Source: Lepidodermella squamata (Eukaryota > Animalia > Gastrotricha). From it: DNA of 64,000 bases. A program made the position numbers and the translations under genes. The stretch's first letter is position 1. Every line of letters starts with the position of its first letter. The stretch is taken from NCBI GenBank assembly GCA_047495785.1, contig JBLDXI010000009.1, positions 5,022,001 to 5,086,000 on the forward strand, written 5' to 3'. The notes below the pieces were generated by a model, which saw nothing but the letters and a program-made list of their open reading frames with translations, was not told where the DNA came from and ran no database searches. Positions 41,448-54,946 of this stretch are shown here, in pieces.

Positions 41448-44400
41448 TCAGGGAAATCTTGTAACGCGTAATCCCTGTATTCGCGATAGCAGGTCGGTGA
41501 AACTGGGCCTCGCATCAGGGACGTATGACCAACAAGAAAGCATGATTGAGTACACTTCTGGTGTACAGAAAGTATTGTTTATTCGCTCCAATCGCAAACC
41601 TCGCTCCAATTCCATTGCAATATCGCAGTTATTGATAGTTGGGTATGGGGTGTCGCCCAGTGATATTATCTCCCATAATAGCACCCCAAAAGACCAACTG
41701 CGTAAATTGAAGTTAAAATTATTGTTTTAAATTAAAATTTCTCAACTAATGCTTACACATCGCTAGCTGTCGAGCAAAAACCGGTTTTGATGGATTCTGG
41801 CGCCATCCATTTAATCGGAACACAGTCTGTCGATTCTTGACGGTAAGCCGCGTCTTTGTAAATGTCTCGACTGAGCCCAAAATCAGCAACTTTAACGCAA
41901 TCAACACGGGCTACTAGAATATTCCGAGCTGCCAGGTCGCGGTGCAGGAAACTGTTTGTAGCAAGATGTTCCATCGCGCTGCAAATTTGCTCTGCGTATA
42001 AAAGCAATAGCTTCAACAGGATCAAATCATCAACCAGACCAGTTTCTGCAACCTTATCAAATCTTGGCATTACTCCTTCGATTTTTTTCCCACGGATGGG
42101 AATGATGTAGTTAGCGGCACTATCGTTAAAGAGAGAGTCGATAGCTGTTAGAATTTTTGAACGATTACTATCGAAACTGCGAAGGAAAGATTTTAGAGAG
42201 CCGTATTGGCAATATTCAGTCACTATAGCCATATCCATAGTCTTATTCTTCTCATTCTTTCTAGACGGCGGAACACAGGCGAGGAGTGCTAAAATGTGAG
42301 GATGGCGCCCGCATACACCCATCACTTTCTTCATTAAGACTATTTCTCTAACGAAAGCCATTCTCTGAGAGTCAGTCGGGAATTCCGGTAACACCTTGAT
42401 AGCAACTTGACCTGAAATCTTGTCTTTTTGTTTGCCCTTTAGTGAAACGTTGCCTAGATACACTTGTCCATAAGCGCCACTCCCTAATTTGACGTCTTTG
42501 TTGATAGAAATTTGGCTCAAATCAATATCCAACCAATCTCTTTTTGGATTTGGGTCTTTTCTTTTGAGTATTCGTCGGCAGGGATTTTGTTGAATCAGGA
42601 TTCCTATTAGCAATGCCAGTAATACTAGGGACATTGTGAATCCCACGATTCTCGTGTCCAGGACGAGATTTTTAGATGTCGACGAAGTATCCGGCATCGA
42701 AATCTCGCATAGGACCATTCGCTGTCTTACGCAGTCTGGATCGTCTAGCGGAAATTGTCGAAGGGATTTGTGGAACAAGCACTTAAAATCTCCATCAGTC
42801 TGCGACAAGTTGACTTTCTTTGAAAGATCAAAGGCGACTGCCTTTATCGCGAAGGATTGAGATTCGATAGTGTTAAATGCCGCTAGTCGAGCCCCATGCT
42901 GTTCGCATATAGTTCTTCCTTCTTCGCTCGTAACATTCCCGCGATGCAGTTCTTGATATAATTTGTAGCTTATTGAAGATTTTTCTTTTAGGTTTTTGCC
43001 AATAGGACCTCTCTCGCACAAGGCGTTCAATGCATCTTCTTGGCAAGAAGTGTGGTATAGCTTGTCAGCTTTTATAGCGATACAAAGAGAAGCAGTTCGG
43101 GACTGATTTGTTTTAGGCAAGGTGGCCGATTTGAAACAAGTACCATCCAACCAACGGACTTCGCCCGGGTCGTCGAGATAGCCACCGACCCAATAAAACT
43201 CTTGCAAAATTCACACATCGTAAAAGCGCAAAAAACGTATAAAATCCGATGTTTTCTTACCTGAGTCGATTAGCAAGGAGTCTCTCATCAGTCTAGCCTT
43301 TTCACTTTCAATCGACGTGGCAAGGTATCCACCGTGATACTTACACGCTTCGTTGGCCTCGAGAAATGTGAAGTGGCCGTACAATGCGAACAAGCTCCCT
43401 TCGAATTCCGAATTTGCACTATCCTAAAACTAGATAGGTAGGTATTTTTAATGTAATAAGGTCGCATCGCGAATACCTGACAGTCTCTGGGCAACGGGCT
43501 AAGTGTTATATCAGAAGTTCGATTGACGATCACAGTATTTGGCCCTCCAACCAACTTGCGTCGGCTTTCAGCGATTATCGATTTTATATCCTGAAGTGCC
43601 AGGTTTATGCCGTATTTGAAAACACTGGAATAAGCTTTTTGTAATCCATCAAGTGGATTCCAACCGCTAATTAGAATGCCTGCCAATTTTACACATGCTG
43701 GTGAGCCAATTTTGCCAGAGTGCGCTAACACTAGTTCGAAGTTGGGTTCGATTGCCATGTAATACTTTAATGTATCGGTAAGCCAATCATACGTCAATGC
43801 AATGAAATTCCATTTCCCAGGCTCTGGGGCGTCAAGCACAGCAAGAGATCTGTAACACGATTCCTGATGCTTTAGAAGTGGCATTCGCACCTGCACGAAG
43901 TGAAGCTTCCGCGTTTCCCCGTCGTAATGTAAGTTCAATGACGTCTCCGGTTCTTCGCGAGACTTCAGTGACAAAACTCTGTGGGTTTTTCCTTCAGAAA
44001 AGTAATAAAACAGTGTGCAGGTAAAAGACTGAATTTTATCCATAAATATCGCCCCAAGGCCTCCAAATGACGTTGGGAACGATTTGCTGTTTTTGTTTAA
44101 TGGACTCGTCACCTCCAGAACACAGCGGCCGAACGAAACTGCCTCGAGTCCATAACGCCCATGGGGTGATATGATTTGCTTGCAGCCACTTGGTTGAACC
44201 TCGTACCAAGGAATATATTCTTCGCCCCGAGCACGGTATTCTAGTTTTTCTTTGTACCGAAACCTGGGTGAGACTGTAATGCGCCGATCATGAAAGCTGA
44301 CATTAGCTTGTGAGAATCCTGGGCAGCGACACATTTGCTGATGATCGCACATGTTAAACATCATCGCGATTTCGAAGCTTGTCAATGCTTTGTCGAACGC

Positions 44401-45027
44401 GGCAATGCTAGTTACGTTCATCAAATAGTTAATCAACTCAATCGAATGAAGTTTTTTAGTCGATTCTTCATCTCGAAGTACATTCAAATGAAGCGTACCC
44501 ATGCTGTCGCTTTGATAAACGAGCAATGCTCCAGATTCCTTTACAGTGACAGCTAGGAAACTCCAATTACCGATTTGTACGTTTTCTTTTAAAAAGCCAT
44601 CAATGGCCAATATCAGCGGAGCACCACTCGTGTCCATTTGATCGCCCCATACCGCCATAACGTTCAACGACCTTTCAGCATAGGAGAGCGGCTGTTCTTC
44701 GACATTAAACCAGAATGACAGAGTCCAGCCCATAGTTTCATTAGAGGCTTGGTGGTCCCCATGAGGCAAAACACGGTAGAGCCCCTCATGTGTCTGTGCT
44801 GAGTTGTTGAGGCGGGAATAAACCGGTGATAGGAACCTGTAATCGGCAATTCTCGAGCTATTGTCAAGCGACAGTTGCGTATCATTCTGGCGATCGAAAG
44901 CCAGCTCAAATCGCATCAAATGTCTCAAAATATCATGGCTATCATGGCAAGATTCTGCCTCCCAAATGTTCTGCGATGAATCCTTCGCAGCTGCTACAGC
45001 AAAAAAGAAACAGAGTGCCAAAAGCAT
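41448..45027 (-). CDS. Receptor tyrosine kinase with LamG/pentraxin-like x2 and C-type-lectin-like x2 ectodomain; exons 45027-43477, 43423-43261, 43200-41757, 41697-41448
   Basis: Signal peptide MLLALCFFFAVAAA; TM VGFTMSLVLLALLIGILI; kinase GSGAYG, VAIK, HRDLAARN, DFGLSRDIY, PIKWMAPES, SDV|WSFGVLLWEI, RPSF; CTLD pattern EA..AC..HGGYLA / YWVG / WLDG / ALCE. Confidence 0.92.
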
Positions 45028-45668
45028 TTTCGTATTAGTACATTTATTAGCTAAGTTTTTGTTGCTAGTACTCAACTGAAATCAACAGCTGAACGAACCA
45101 ATTAGCATAACTGGTTAATTAAATAGCCGTAAACAGCAAAACTATAACAATTCTCCTGATTCTATGTTCAGCAACCTTACTTCCAAATGTAAATCAAAGT
45201 AGTGCCGTTGGTGAGCTGTATCCAGCCTTTCCCAGACCGGCACCATGTTGTTTTCACCGTGGTTCACCTCATATTTTGATAAACAACGATGGGATACATC
45301 ATGTCACTTATCAATTATTGATATAAAAAATCAACATCGATGATCTGATCGGGGAAAATTGCGGTTTTTTTCAAATGACCAACAACCGCCGGGAGGGGAC
45401 AAAGCGAGATCAACAACAATCGGAAAACAAAATTTAGTTTTATGTACGAACAGGTTGACCCCTAAAAATAAAATAAATCTATGTATTTAGAATCAGTGTC
45501 CGAAACTTCAGTTTTTGTTTTTTTTGTTAAATCAGGAAAAAGCTGTGCTGTCAAAGTGTTGATGTGATCAAGCATGACTAATGTCGTGAATCTTGAGGGG
45601 ATTATAATCAGTAGTTTATTTTGATTTTCGAAACTGTGAGAATTTTGGGAGAATTATTTATTTATATA

Positions 45669-45842
45669 CAGTGTGGCCAAAAAATTTCGCAGAAGGCGAA
45701 TTTCGATGCGCATCATTTTGATGAGGAATTTTAAGATAAGTTGAAGAATTCTTTTGCCATTGGAACTCCTCAATTTCTCGAAACTCCTCATTTAAATAAT
45801 GCGCATCGAATTTGCCTTATGCGGAATTTTTTGGCCACCCTG
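45669..45842. mobile_element. 174-bp palindromic Tc1/mariner-type MITE with TA TSD
   Basis: TA-cagtgtggccaaaaaatttcgc ... gcggaattttttggccaccctg-TA; arms remain complementary for most of the length. Confidence 0.85.
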
Positions 45843-47069
45843 TAGCTGCGGAGGTGACCGAAATACGAGCACAATAATATTTAAGAATTGGTGGACAATA
45901 ATTTATTGTCCCTCTTAACCGATCTATGCGATATAGCCTTATTTACCTAATGAAATATCCCGATTTGTCAATCAGTGGGTCTCGTTTGTCGCCGTCTCGT
46001 TTTATATTTGCCCAAGCTGCCTGTTGTCTATTGTTGGATCTAAATGTTCAGGGTCTCAGAAGAAGGAAAAATAAGTCTTAAATATTAATGGCATTCGCCA
46101 GTCAAAAGTGATCTAGATATTACGGAACGAGTTACACGGGAGTTTTAATATATTTACAAAAATTTGCGCCTAGTGTCTGCTCAATCAAGAAAAATATCGG
46201 ATTTCATCGATGTACTCCAATTTGCTGTGTCCAGCTTCATGAATTGCACCAATAAGGAATTTAATTATGGAATTTAATATGGAATTTAAAAAAAAATCAT
46301 TACAATTAAAAATTAGAAATTACCGATGCAACGAAATTTTTTTCGAAAATCTCGAATCAATTTATTACAAGAAGAAATATTTTAGAGGTAATGTTTCGTT
46401 TTTCGTTAAATTTGAATTTCAGAACTTGACATCATGATTGCGTTTCTCTTAGCATATGAAATTCGGAATTATTCAATCGATAGAATATATTATTATAAAA
46501 TCACTTTGCCTGTTAACAATTTCGCGGGCTAATAATTCCTAATAATTTCGCATGGTGTCAATATTTCGCTTCATCATCTCCTTCATCAACCATCATATCA
46601 TCTTGATCATTGATCATATTCATCTTCGATGCAAGTTTATTTTTATATATGAGGCCACAGGCCACAAACTAGCGTTCAAGCTGTTGACTGCTTTCATGCC
46701 CGTGCCATTTCTCGAATTTCAAGTCGTTCAATTCGTCGCTAAATTAATTTGAAAATAGCGTTGACTTTGCATTTATTCTTAAACATATGCCGATGTTTGT
46801 GTAATCGGACGCCGGAACTCGTTCAATATCACAAGCCGCCGTAGAAGAAGGTGTTTGACACGCAAACCCGGCGCCGCCACTTTTCAAGTATCAACTGAGC
46901 CGGAAGTGAGCGCGCGGCACCGGGCACACAAAAGCGCGTGCCATGTGCGCGCATAATAAAAAATTATTGCGCAACACGTGCGCGCACGGAAAACCGCCAC
47001 CTTAACACATTCTCATGGCAGCTATAATTCAGCGATTTAATCAAATCAAATTTTAAACTTACCCGAGCG

Positions 47070-50000
47070 ATGAAAACGTTGATTTTATTTTTGGCACTGT
47101 GCCAAATCGATTTAGTCACCCTACAACCAGGTCACGCTTATGACTACCGTGATAAACCGGTATTTCGGTTTTTTTACCGCCAGAAAAACCCGTCGGGTAA
47201 ATCCGCCGATTGCGACCATAAGGTGCCGCCTGAACTGGCGCGCATGTTAGACGCCGGCCATCCGGGGCGAGTTCGTTACTGCGATTCGCAATTCATCCTG
47301 CCCTACCACATCCGGCTTTGTAACCGGTGCACGGGCCCGGTTTTTCCAGATTTATTCAACAATTTTACTTGCAACGAAACTTTATCGTCAATTACCGACG
47401 GCCGAGGTTATCTTATCACGACGATTTGCTGCAAAAATCTATGCGGCAATAAATGTACCCTTATTCGAGATCCGATTCAATTGACACCTCGGGTTATTCC
47501 TTCTACCTCAACTGTAAAAACGACTACTACGACAATGAATGAAGACGATCGGGCGATCAAGTCGTTGATGGCTAAAATTTACGGCGAAAATCCGACGTCG
47601 AACTACCATCAGCGTCGTCCGATGACTGAAACTGAGCGGCGCAGTCAGGGTGGCTACAAAACTGCGGCTGATTTTCGCGATGCGTCGTCGATTTCGGTTG
47701 ATACGACTTTCACTGATCGGTTGAGCGCGTTTCACGTCAAACTGGTCCAGGCGCTGAATTCTGGGGCGGTTGAAGAGGCGCCGAGTCCGGCGGTGGATAC
47801 GCGCGATATGAATAATAGGGCTGGTTCCAAGTTGGCACCGAGCCGGAATAAGGTGAAAAAGGTGTCGCGGAAGCCGAGTACCACTACGGTACCAACTACT
47901 AAGACTAGTACCACGATGGTACCGACAACCACTACTACTATTACGGTGCCAACAACAACGACTACAACTACCACGACCCCAGTTCCCACTACGAGTACCA
48001 CCACGGAACCGACCACGACTACCCCGACTACTACAACCAGTACCACAACGGAGCCTACTACGACTACACCTACTACGACCACCAGTACCACAACAGAACC
48101 GACCACTACAACCAGTACCACAACGGAGCCTACTACGACTACCTCCAGTACGACGACCCCAACTACTACTACGACCAGCACCACAACGGAGCCTCCCACG
48201 ACTACACCGACTACGACTACCAGTACTACAACAGAGCCGACTACGACTACTCCCACTACAACAACCAGTACCACGACGGAACCTACCACCACTACCACTA
48301 CTTCGACTACGACTACGACACCTACTACAACAACTAGTACTACTACTACCCCTGAGCCGTCGACAACTACTGAACCAACTACGACTACAACAACGACAGA
48401 AAGTACAACTACTACGACAACGACCACTACTACGACGACAACTTTGCCGCCGACTGTGTCTGGAAACGTTAAGATGAACGTTATCGATCCGCTATCGCTA
48501 ATTCTGAGTAGGTTTTATAAATTTGATATTTTTTGAAAATTTTCTAGACAAGTTTTAAGTTGTTTAAATTGTTTAAACACAAGTCATTCCTATTACATTT
48601 TTCTTCAATATCCTCGAATTTGAAACCGGAATTTGGAATTCTCTTTTTCCACGAATTTATGGCAAACTAAAAACTAATATAAAATATCGAAAAATTAATT
48701 AAAAAATTATTGATCAGTCTCATAAATAATATTCAGGAAATATCATTTTATCGAATTTTCCGAATGACATTTTCCTGCTATTACGAAAATTTATATTTTT
48801 TTTACGGTAAAATAAAATCTGCCGCCCCAAAAGGTAAAAGTCCGCCCTCGTTTAATCTCAGCCCTCATTTAATAATAGCGCGCCCTCGTTTTGAAGAGGT
48901 GCGCCCTAAAGTAAACAAAGTCGCCCTGACAGGTTAAACCACCGCCCAATTTCATTTATCCAACTTGGGCAGCTAATTTTTTATTTAAATCAGTGCTCCG
49001 CAAACTCGGATTTTTTTCCGGCCACGTGCGGCCTGCTGTGCAGATCATGGCGGCCTATTGGCGGCCGGTAGGATTTTCTCAAAGGATTGCTGGAATGCGG
49101 CCGGATGCCTTGTTTCGCACGATCATAACCCGAAAATCAGCCTGTTTTGCACTATTTTCAGCCAAAATTGTGGCTGGAGCTTAGGCTTTCCGGCCGCCGA
49201 AAATGCCGATGGTGAAAAAACTTTGCGGAGCACTGATATAAGCTGTTCGAATAAGACCTTCGGATGAGGATAGCAGCCGATGGGCGATACATAGCACGGC
49301 CTAGCTAATAAAACTACACGTTATAGGTTAGCGCTACCGTTGAGCGATCTAATAGCGATGGCTGTTCGCAATAGGTCTTAGCTCTTAAATAGCCATATCG
49401 CAAACTTTTTGACAGCAAAACTGAACAGCACAGTTAGTTCCTATTTATTACAGGTAGTAACTGCATGGTGCGCGTAGTGGTCAAAGCGGCCCATTTTAGT
49501 GACCGGACATCGAGTCCTTCACACGTAGCTTATCCGGCGTGTAAACACTCGAACGCAGATAATCCCTTGATCCCCGGCAAGTCGCTTTAACGCGACGAGC
49601 TCGCAACACCTTCGACAGGCATGCGAGGGGCGCAGCGGGTGTGTGCACTTTCAGTGGTAATAAAATGCTTGAAGAGAGACGCAACCAACGCTTCCACGTC
49701 GTAATTTGTTCGGCCTGTAATAAGCATGCCTTGAACCATAGATAAAGGTTATCTATGCCTTGAACATAAATCCGTCCCAAAACGTCCAAGCAAAACCTGG
49801 CCAGTGGACCTGGCCAGTGGTAAGTGTCTTATGTCCTAATATGTCCCTGCTCAAGCATTAGTGGCTATTGCTTTACTGCTCAGATTGCCAAATTGTCGCA
49901 AAAAATCGTCCGCGCGATATTCCTATCGCTATCGTCCGCGCTAATCATATATCCTAATGTGGTAGTTATTTTGGTTCATATTGATCAGCCGATGTAATAT

Positions 50001-53000
50001 TGATACCAAATAAATGAATATAGAGATGCGGCTAATAGGCATCATCATCACATTTTCGTTTTTCTTATTCTAACGGGGCGACGTTTTATATTTCAAGGCG
50101 ACTGATTATCAGTCAGGTGCGGCCTTTCGCCTTAAGGGGCGGATTAAGGTGGATTAGTGCGGCGATCACGCAATGAGGGCGACTTTATTTATTTTTGGGC
50201 GACACAAATGGGGCGAACTTTTACCTTTTTGGGCGACAGATTTTACCTCACCCTTTTTTTTATTCAGAGCGATATATCGAAAATATTGAAATTTAAGAAA
50301 TTCAAAAACAAATGAGTTATTTTTTAATTTTTCCAGTGCGGAGGCGCTTCGGATTTATGACGATGACTACCACGGTGGAACCGACTACAACCGAGCCGGA
50401 ATATGTCGAGGAAGAGAACAAAGGTTCAGGGCTGCAGCAATTCCTCTTCGATTTTTCGGATCCTTGGCTCGAAGTTGAAACCGGCGAAACTACAACGCTT
50501 CAAACAGTTGCTCCAATTATTGTCACCGAAGAAATTACGACAGAATCAACCACGGAGTCTACTACGAAACCCGAGACCACGACGACAACTACTACCCAGC
50601 CGACTACTACGACCAGTACCACAACGGAACCTACTACAACTACCCCGACTACAACCACGAGTACCACGACGGAACCGACTACAACAACCAGTACCACTAC
50701 GGAACCGACCACCACTAATACTGCTTCTACCACTACAACGACAACAACAGAGCCAACAACAACAACTAGTACCACCACGGAACCCAGTACCAGCACTTCG
50801 ACTACGACCACGAGTACCAGCACTACAACTTCAACGACAACTACGCCTGGTAAAAATAAAAAAAATGTTTAGTGCTACAGTATAGGGTGTTTCAAATGCT
50901 AAATTTCCCCAATTTTGGGTTCCAAGTTGTGAGCATGCAGAGCTGATATCGATATCGATTATTGATTTTCAAATTGTGATTTTTCCTATATCCGAAATAT
51001 AGCAAGTCAAACTTTTGAATTGTTCCTCCACAAGCCAAGCTTATAATATAAAAGGTGGCTAAAATTAAAACCAGGATCTTGGGGTTTGCTTGCCGATTAG
51101 AAAAGGAACGCACTTCGAATTTCGAAATCACAGAAAATCGGGGGGAATTTATTTCAAGTCCCAAACAAATCGAAAAATTCTTGAAAATTCTTTGGAATTC
51201 TTATCATGCTTTTTTACCGAATCTGAGCGGAAATCGAATTAATTTATGGCTAAATAATGGCGATAAATTTTCCTGTTAACCAAAACAAATTAAATAAATT
51301 CGAGATAATTTGTTTTTACCGAATTTCTTCTTAGAAACCACGACAACTTCGACGACCACGACCACTGAGTTACCAACTACGACTTCGACTTCCACAACCA
51401 CGTCGACTACTACAACAGCAATGCCGACGACTACAACAGGTTTGTTGCGATTTTGACTTGAAATAAGTTTTAAGGAATTTATTTTCTGAAATTTTCTCAG
51501 AGCTCACGACAACAACCACGACTACAGCGCGGCCGTTGACAACAACTCGTAAGTTTATTGCCGATTTTTAGAGTTGATTTTTCATGAAATTTTATTTCCA
51601 TTTCCTTCTCAGCAAAATCGACAACTACAACTTCCAGTAAGTTATACGATTACTAACATTTTAATTGAGAATTTCTAATATTATTTTTGGTTTTTTTCTA
51701 GCAACTACGACCACCACTTCGCCAACTAGTCCGACTACGACGACGCAGTTTATTCCGTATCATAGTACCCAATGCACGCTGTTCAAATGTGATTACGACC
51801 CGTGTGAAGCCGCAATCTGCCCAATCTTGGTATAATTTTCTTTAACATTTTTAAAATCCCAAAAATTTCTAAACAATTAGTTAATTTATTTTTTAAGTTT
51901 AGGAAACGGCTAAATCAGAATCGGAGGCAATTAGTTGGTCCTTAATTTCAAACGGGGGTTTTTAGGTTTCAAAATTTCTCAAAAATAAATTCCTCCTATA
52001 ATGTAGCGGAATTAAATTTCGAATACTGAAAATGAGTTTTGCGATGAGATTATTTCTAAATTTTCGGAAAATTCGGCTTGGAGTCAGATTCCCTAATAAT
52101 TTTTCTGGCATTTTCTAAAACACATTTTTTGTTTTTAGCCTTGGGCTCAATGCCGTCCGAACTACTGCAACGGGTGCTTCGCTGAATTTTTCCTGGAGGA
52201 TGGCAAAGCTGTTGACTGCGGTTTTTATCGACGCAAACGCGGCCTAAAAAATGGAGCTAAATCGTTAGCAAAATCGACTACCGCAACTTACAGTAATTTT
52301 TACGATTCAAAATGTAAATGATATCGACGATGTTTTTCGGTTTTATAAGCAATGACGACAACAACTCCACCAACAAGCCTGACGACAAGTACCCAATGTA
52401 CACTGTTCAAGTGTGATTACGACCCTTGTGAAGCCGCAATCTGCCCGACCTCGGTATATTTTTCTGTTTAAAATTCAAAAAGTTCAAAGATTTCAAAATT
52501 TCAAAAATTTGTAAAAGTCTAATTTCTCAAAATCATTGAAAATAGTAGGAATCCAGAAGCCAAATCAGAATATTTAGACGAAATTAAAAAATTCCCAGTC
52601 AACTTAATTTTAAATTGAAATGTGAATTTCAAAATTGAAATGTAAATTTCAAAGAGGTAGATATCATGGCATTTTTTTAGGTTTCTGAATTTCTCAGGAT
52701 TTATTTTCTCCTATCATTTGTTACCAAATGAGATTGTGGGAAAATTTCAAATCAAAAGCTGCGTAATTTCCCTCATCACTAATAGGTGTAAGAAGAAGAA
52801 GGATAATAATAATGGAATTTATAATTTCGCATAATCATGATTTTGTGCCGAGTTTCAACATTTGCAAGATATTCCCCTAATTTGTTTGAGAATTTTATTA
52901 TATATTCGAATGTTCCCTATTTAGCCTTGGGCTCAATGTCGTCCGAATTACTGCAACGGATGCTTCGCCGAATTTTTCCTGGAGGACGGCACAGCCGTGG

Positions 53001-53104
53001 ACTGCGGTTTTTATCGACGCAAACGAGGCCTAAAAAATGGAGACGAAAATTCGAAATCACCACTGCTGCTATTCGACGACGGCAATACTGAGTCGTTACA
53101 CTAA
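47070..53104 (+). CDS. Secreted Thr-rich mucin-like protein with Cys-rich N-terminus and two C-terminal 8-Cys modules (about 9 exons)
   Basis: Signal peptide; Cys-rich N-terminal region; PTTTTSTTTE-type repeats in exons 47070-48507 and 50337-50849 plus small Thr-rich exons; duplicated exon pairs (51702-51829/52139-52292 and 52350-52453/52925-53104) each encode CTLFKCDYDPCEAAICP..PWAQCRPNYCNGCFAEFFLEDG.AVDCGFYRRKR. Confidence 0.85.
47878..48443 (+). repeat. Coding Thr-rich tandem repeat (TTTEP / TTTTP / TTTTS units); second tract 50535-50849
   Basis: ACN codon runs with varied third positions; yields poly-Val antisense ORFs. Confidence 0.9.
48805..50253. mobile_element. Non-autonomous Mutator-like DNA element in mucin intron 1
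   Basis: Imperfect ~45-bp TIRs (ggt.a..taaaatctg.cgccc.aaaaggtaaaagt.cgccc), subterminal cgccc repeats, identical 9-bp flanks tttttttta at 48796-48804 and 50254-50262; no transposase ORF. Confidence 0.7.
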
Positions 53105-53995
53105 GAGTCATTCATTTCTCATATACCAGTTGTTTTACATCCCTGCCAGTGTTGTTATTATTACGATTATTTATATCATGCTGAGAATAAATTTTCAACT
53201 CGTTTCATTGAATCGTTTTTCTTCAAGAAAATACTAATACCGAAGAAAGCCCCGAAAAACCCGATGATAAATATGTTGATAATTTGTGCAGTGCATAGTC
53301 ATATGACTTATATAGGAATAAGGATGTTGAAACTGCTGACTGCTGACTAACAATGGAACTGTCAAAGAGTAATGGTATCTAATAGAAAATCTGGGGAAAT
53401 TAGTCCTGTAACCAGGTAAAATTGCCGCGAACTCGAGGGAATGCCCTCAGCGCCTTCTTTCGGCGGGCTGAAACGGAAACTACACTGGAAAATTGTGATT
53501 TCGAAAGAAATTGCAATTTCAAGACGGGTCGAGTGGTAACTGGGATTTCTAACGAAATCTAGCTCAAAATTTGGGAAAATTCTTAGTAATGGGTTATTTG
53601 GGAATCCAAGGTGATGGGTGGTTCAGGGGCCTAGTGATATGGGCTGGGTGGCGAAGCTGGTCCCACGTGGCAATCTGATTATCCCATCGCCTGATCCGTC
53701 GTCTGTGATTTCACAATTGCAGTGGCGCTGTAGGGACCGCACATGATTGGTCCGATCGGCTATCTGAGCCAAATGCCCCAGTAGGTTAGCGGGGACCAGG
53801 TAAAATTATAGGGAATTAAATCATTTATTCATCTTTCTTCAATGCTTGAGAAGATCTCTAATCAAAGTACAACACAGCAAACAAATTTACAATAAATTAC
53901 TCATTTCTCGAGCATCCGAGTCTCCCGTTCTCTCACGTCCTCTCATACCCTACAAACGCGGGCGAACTTTTACCATTTAGGGCGGCAGATGTTAT

Positions 53996-54403
53996 TTAAC
54001 CGAGTTTTATTTCCTGTTTAGTAGGGCTGGGTTTTCTCGAGTAGACGACTTGGTTTTCAGTCGCCCTTGGCCTTTTGTCTTTCCAGCGCTGGCTTGGGCA
54101 GTGTTGGTACAGCTCACATGCAGTTGTACCTTTGACGAACACGAAACCATTGCAGGGTGTCTTGCTCTGCAGGCACCCCGTCGCGCATGCCGTAGCATTA
54201 TCGGCGCTCACTGCATTTTTTTGGCCCTCACATAAAACATTTATCCTAAAGAAGCTGTTGAGGCTGGCTGCGGTGGGAATATAACACATAATATCATTAC
54301 GCGATTTTTTTTTAATTAACAAACTTCTCGGTCTGCTAACCGCATAGCCGCATACAGCAACCGCACTCACCACAGCCAGAAGAAGCAAAACCTTGAACTG
54401 CAT
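53996..54403 (-). CDS. Small secreted single PAN/Apple-domain protein, copy 1 (one 57-nt intron)
   Basis: Signal MQFKVLLLLAVVSAVAVCG; C..CATGC..PCNGFVF..CELYQHC PAN-type pattern; phase-1 intron gtttgt...cag conserved in paralogs. Confidence 0.85.
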   Translation of the reverse strand: MQFKVLLLLAVVSAVAVCGYAVSRPRSLLIKKKSRNDIMCYIPTAASLNSFFRINVLCEGQKNAVSADNATACATGCLQSKTPCNGFVFVKGTTACELYQHCPSQRWKDKRPRATENQVVYSRKPSPTKQEIKLG

Positions 54404-54480
54404 TATTCTGGAAGAAGGAAATAACTTGAAGTTGATGAAACTGAGAAAATGAATTGTTAATTTCGCGCTTTCTTGCGTAT

Positions 54481-54670
54481 ATTTTATAGCCGAACCTACT
54501 TCATTTGCTATACGAGTGGCAGTCAAGTGATAAGTGGTGTATGAGACTTGCTGCAAGGCTTCCTTCATTTCCACCACTATCATTTGTAGAATCAAATTGA
54601 AATGTGGGTTATTCACCTGCCTTTTACGCTAGACGTCTAGACGTTTCTAGGCATTGTTATTGCAAAAACT
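54481..54670 (-). promoter_or_regulatory. Conserved promoter module of PAN-peptide genes (also ~56345-56535, ~58076-58255, partly ~59290-59450 and ~60344-60400)
   Basis: TATAAA about 80 nt upstream of ATG plus shared blocks tcaagtgataagtggt, gacttgctgc, aatgtgggtt, ctagg.attgttatt. Confidence 0.65.
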
Positions 54671-54946
54671 ATAATTTTTGAAGCTGAAGGAGAAAGCACC
54701 GAAGTTTAGTTTTAGCAAACATTAAGCAATGAATTTCAAGTCAATTCAAGTTGCACACCGGCGAAATCGTCTTATCGCATTAGAGTTTGAAAATTGACAG
54801 ATGGAGCCGTGAATGGTCCTGAAAAATTGCCTCTTGAGTTCTTTTGAATGCGAACGCAGCAGATTAGCTTCGAAATATGAGCTTTAAAATATCTCAAACC
54901 AATAGCAACCGGGTTTTTCAGGGTAGCTGGGGTACCATCACTTTAA

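Noticed and set aside
46908-46990. Clustered TGCGCGCA motifs upstream of the mucin gene as a specific enhancer
   Set aside because: The same motif occurs in repeat-like patches at ~9265, ~12295 and ~41242, so a promoter role cannot be separated from a dispersed repeat
47732-48427. Poly-Val ORF on minus strand (also 50500-50823, and Gln/Arg-rich ORF 50403-50885)
   Set aside because: Antisense or alternate-frame shadows of the Thr-codon mucin repeats
47878-48443. Regularly spaced repeats as a CRISPR-like array
   Set aside because: In-frame coding repeats with synonymous variation, no unique spacers, eukaryotic context
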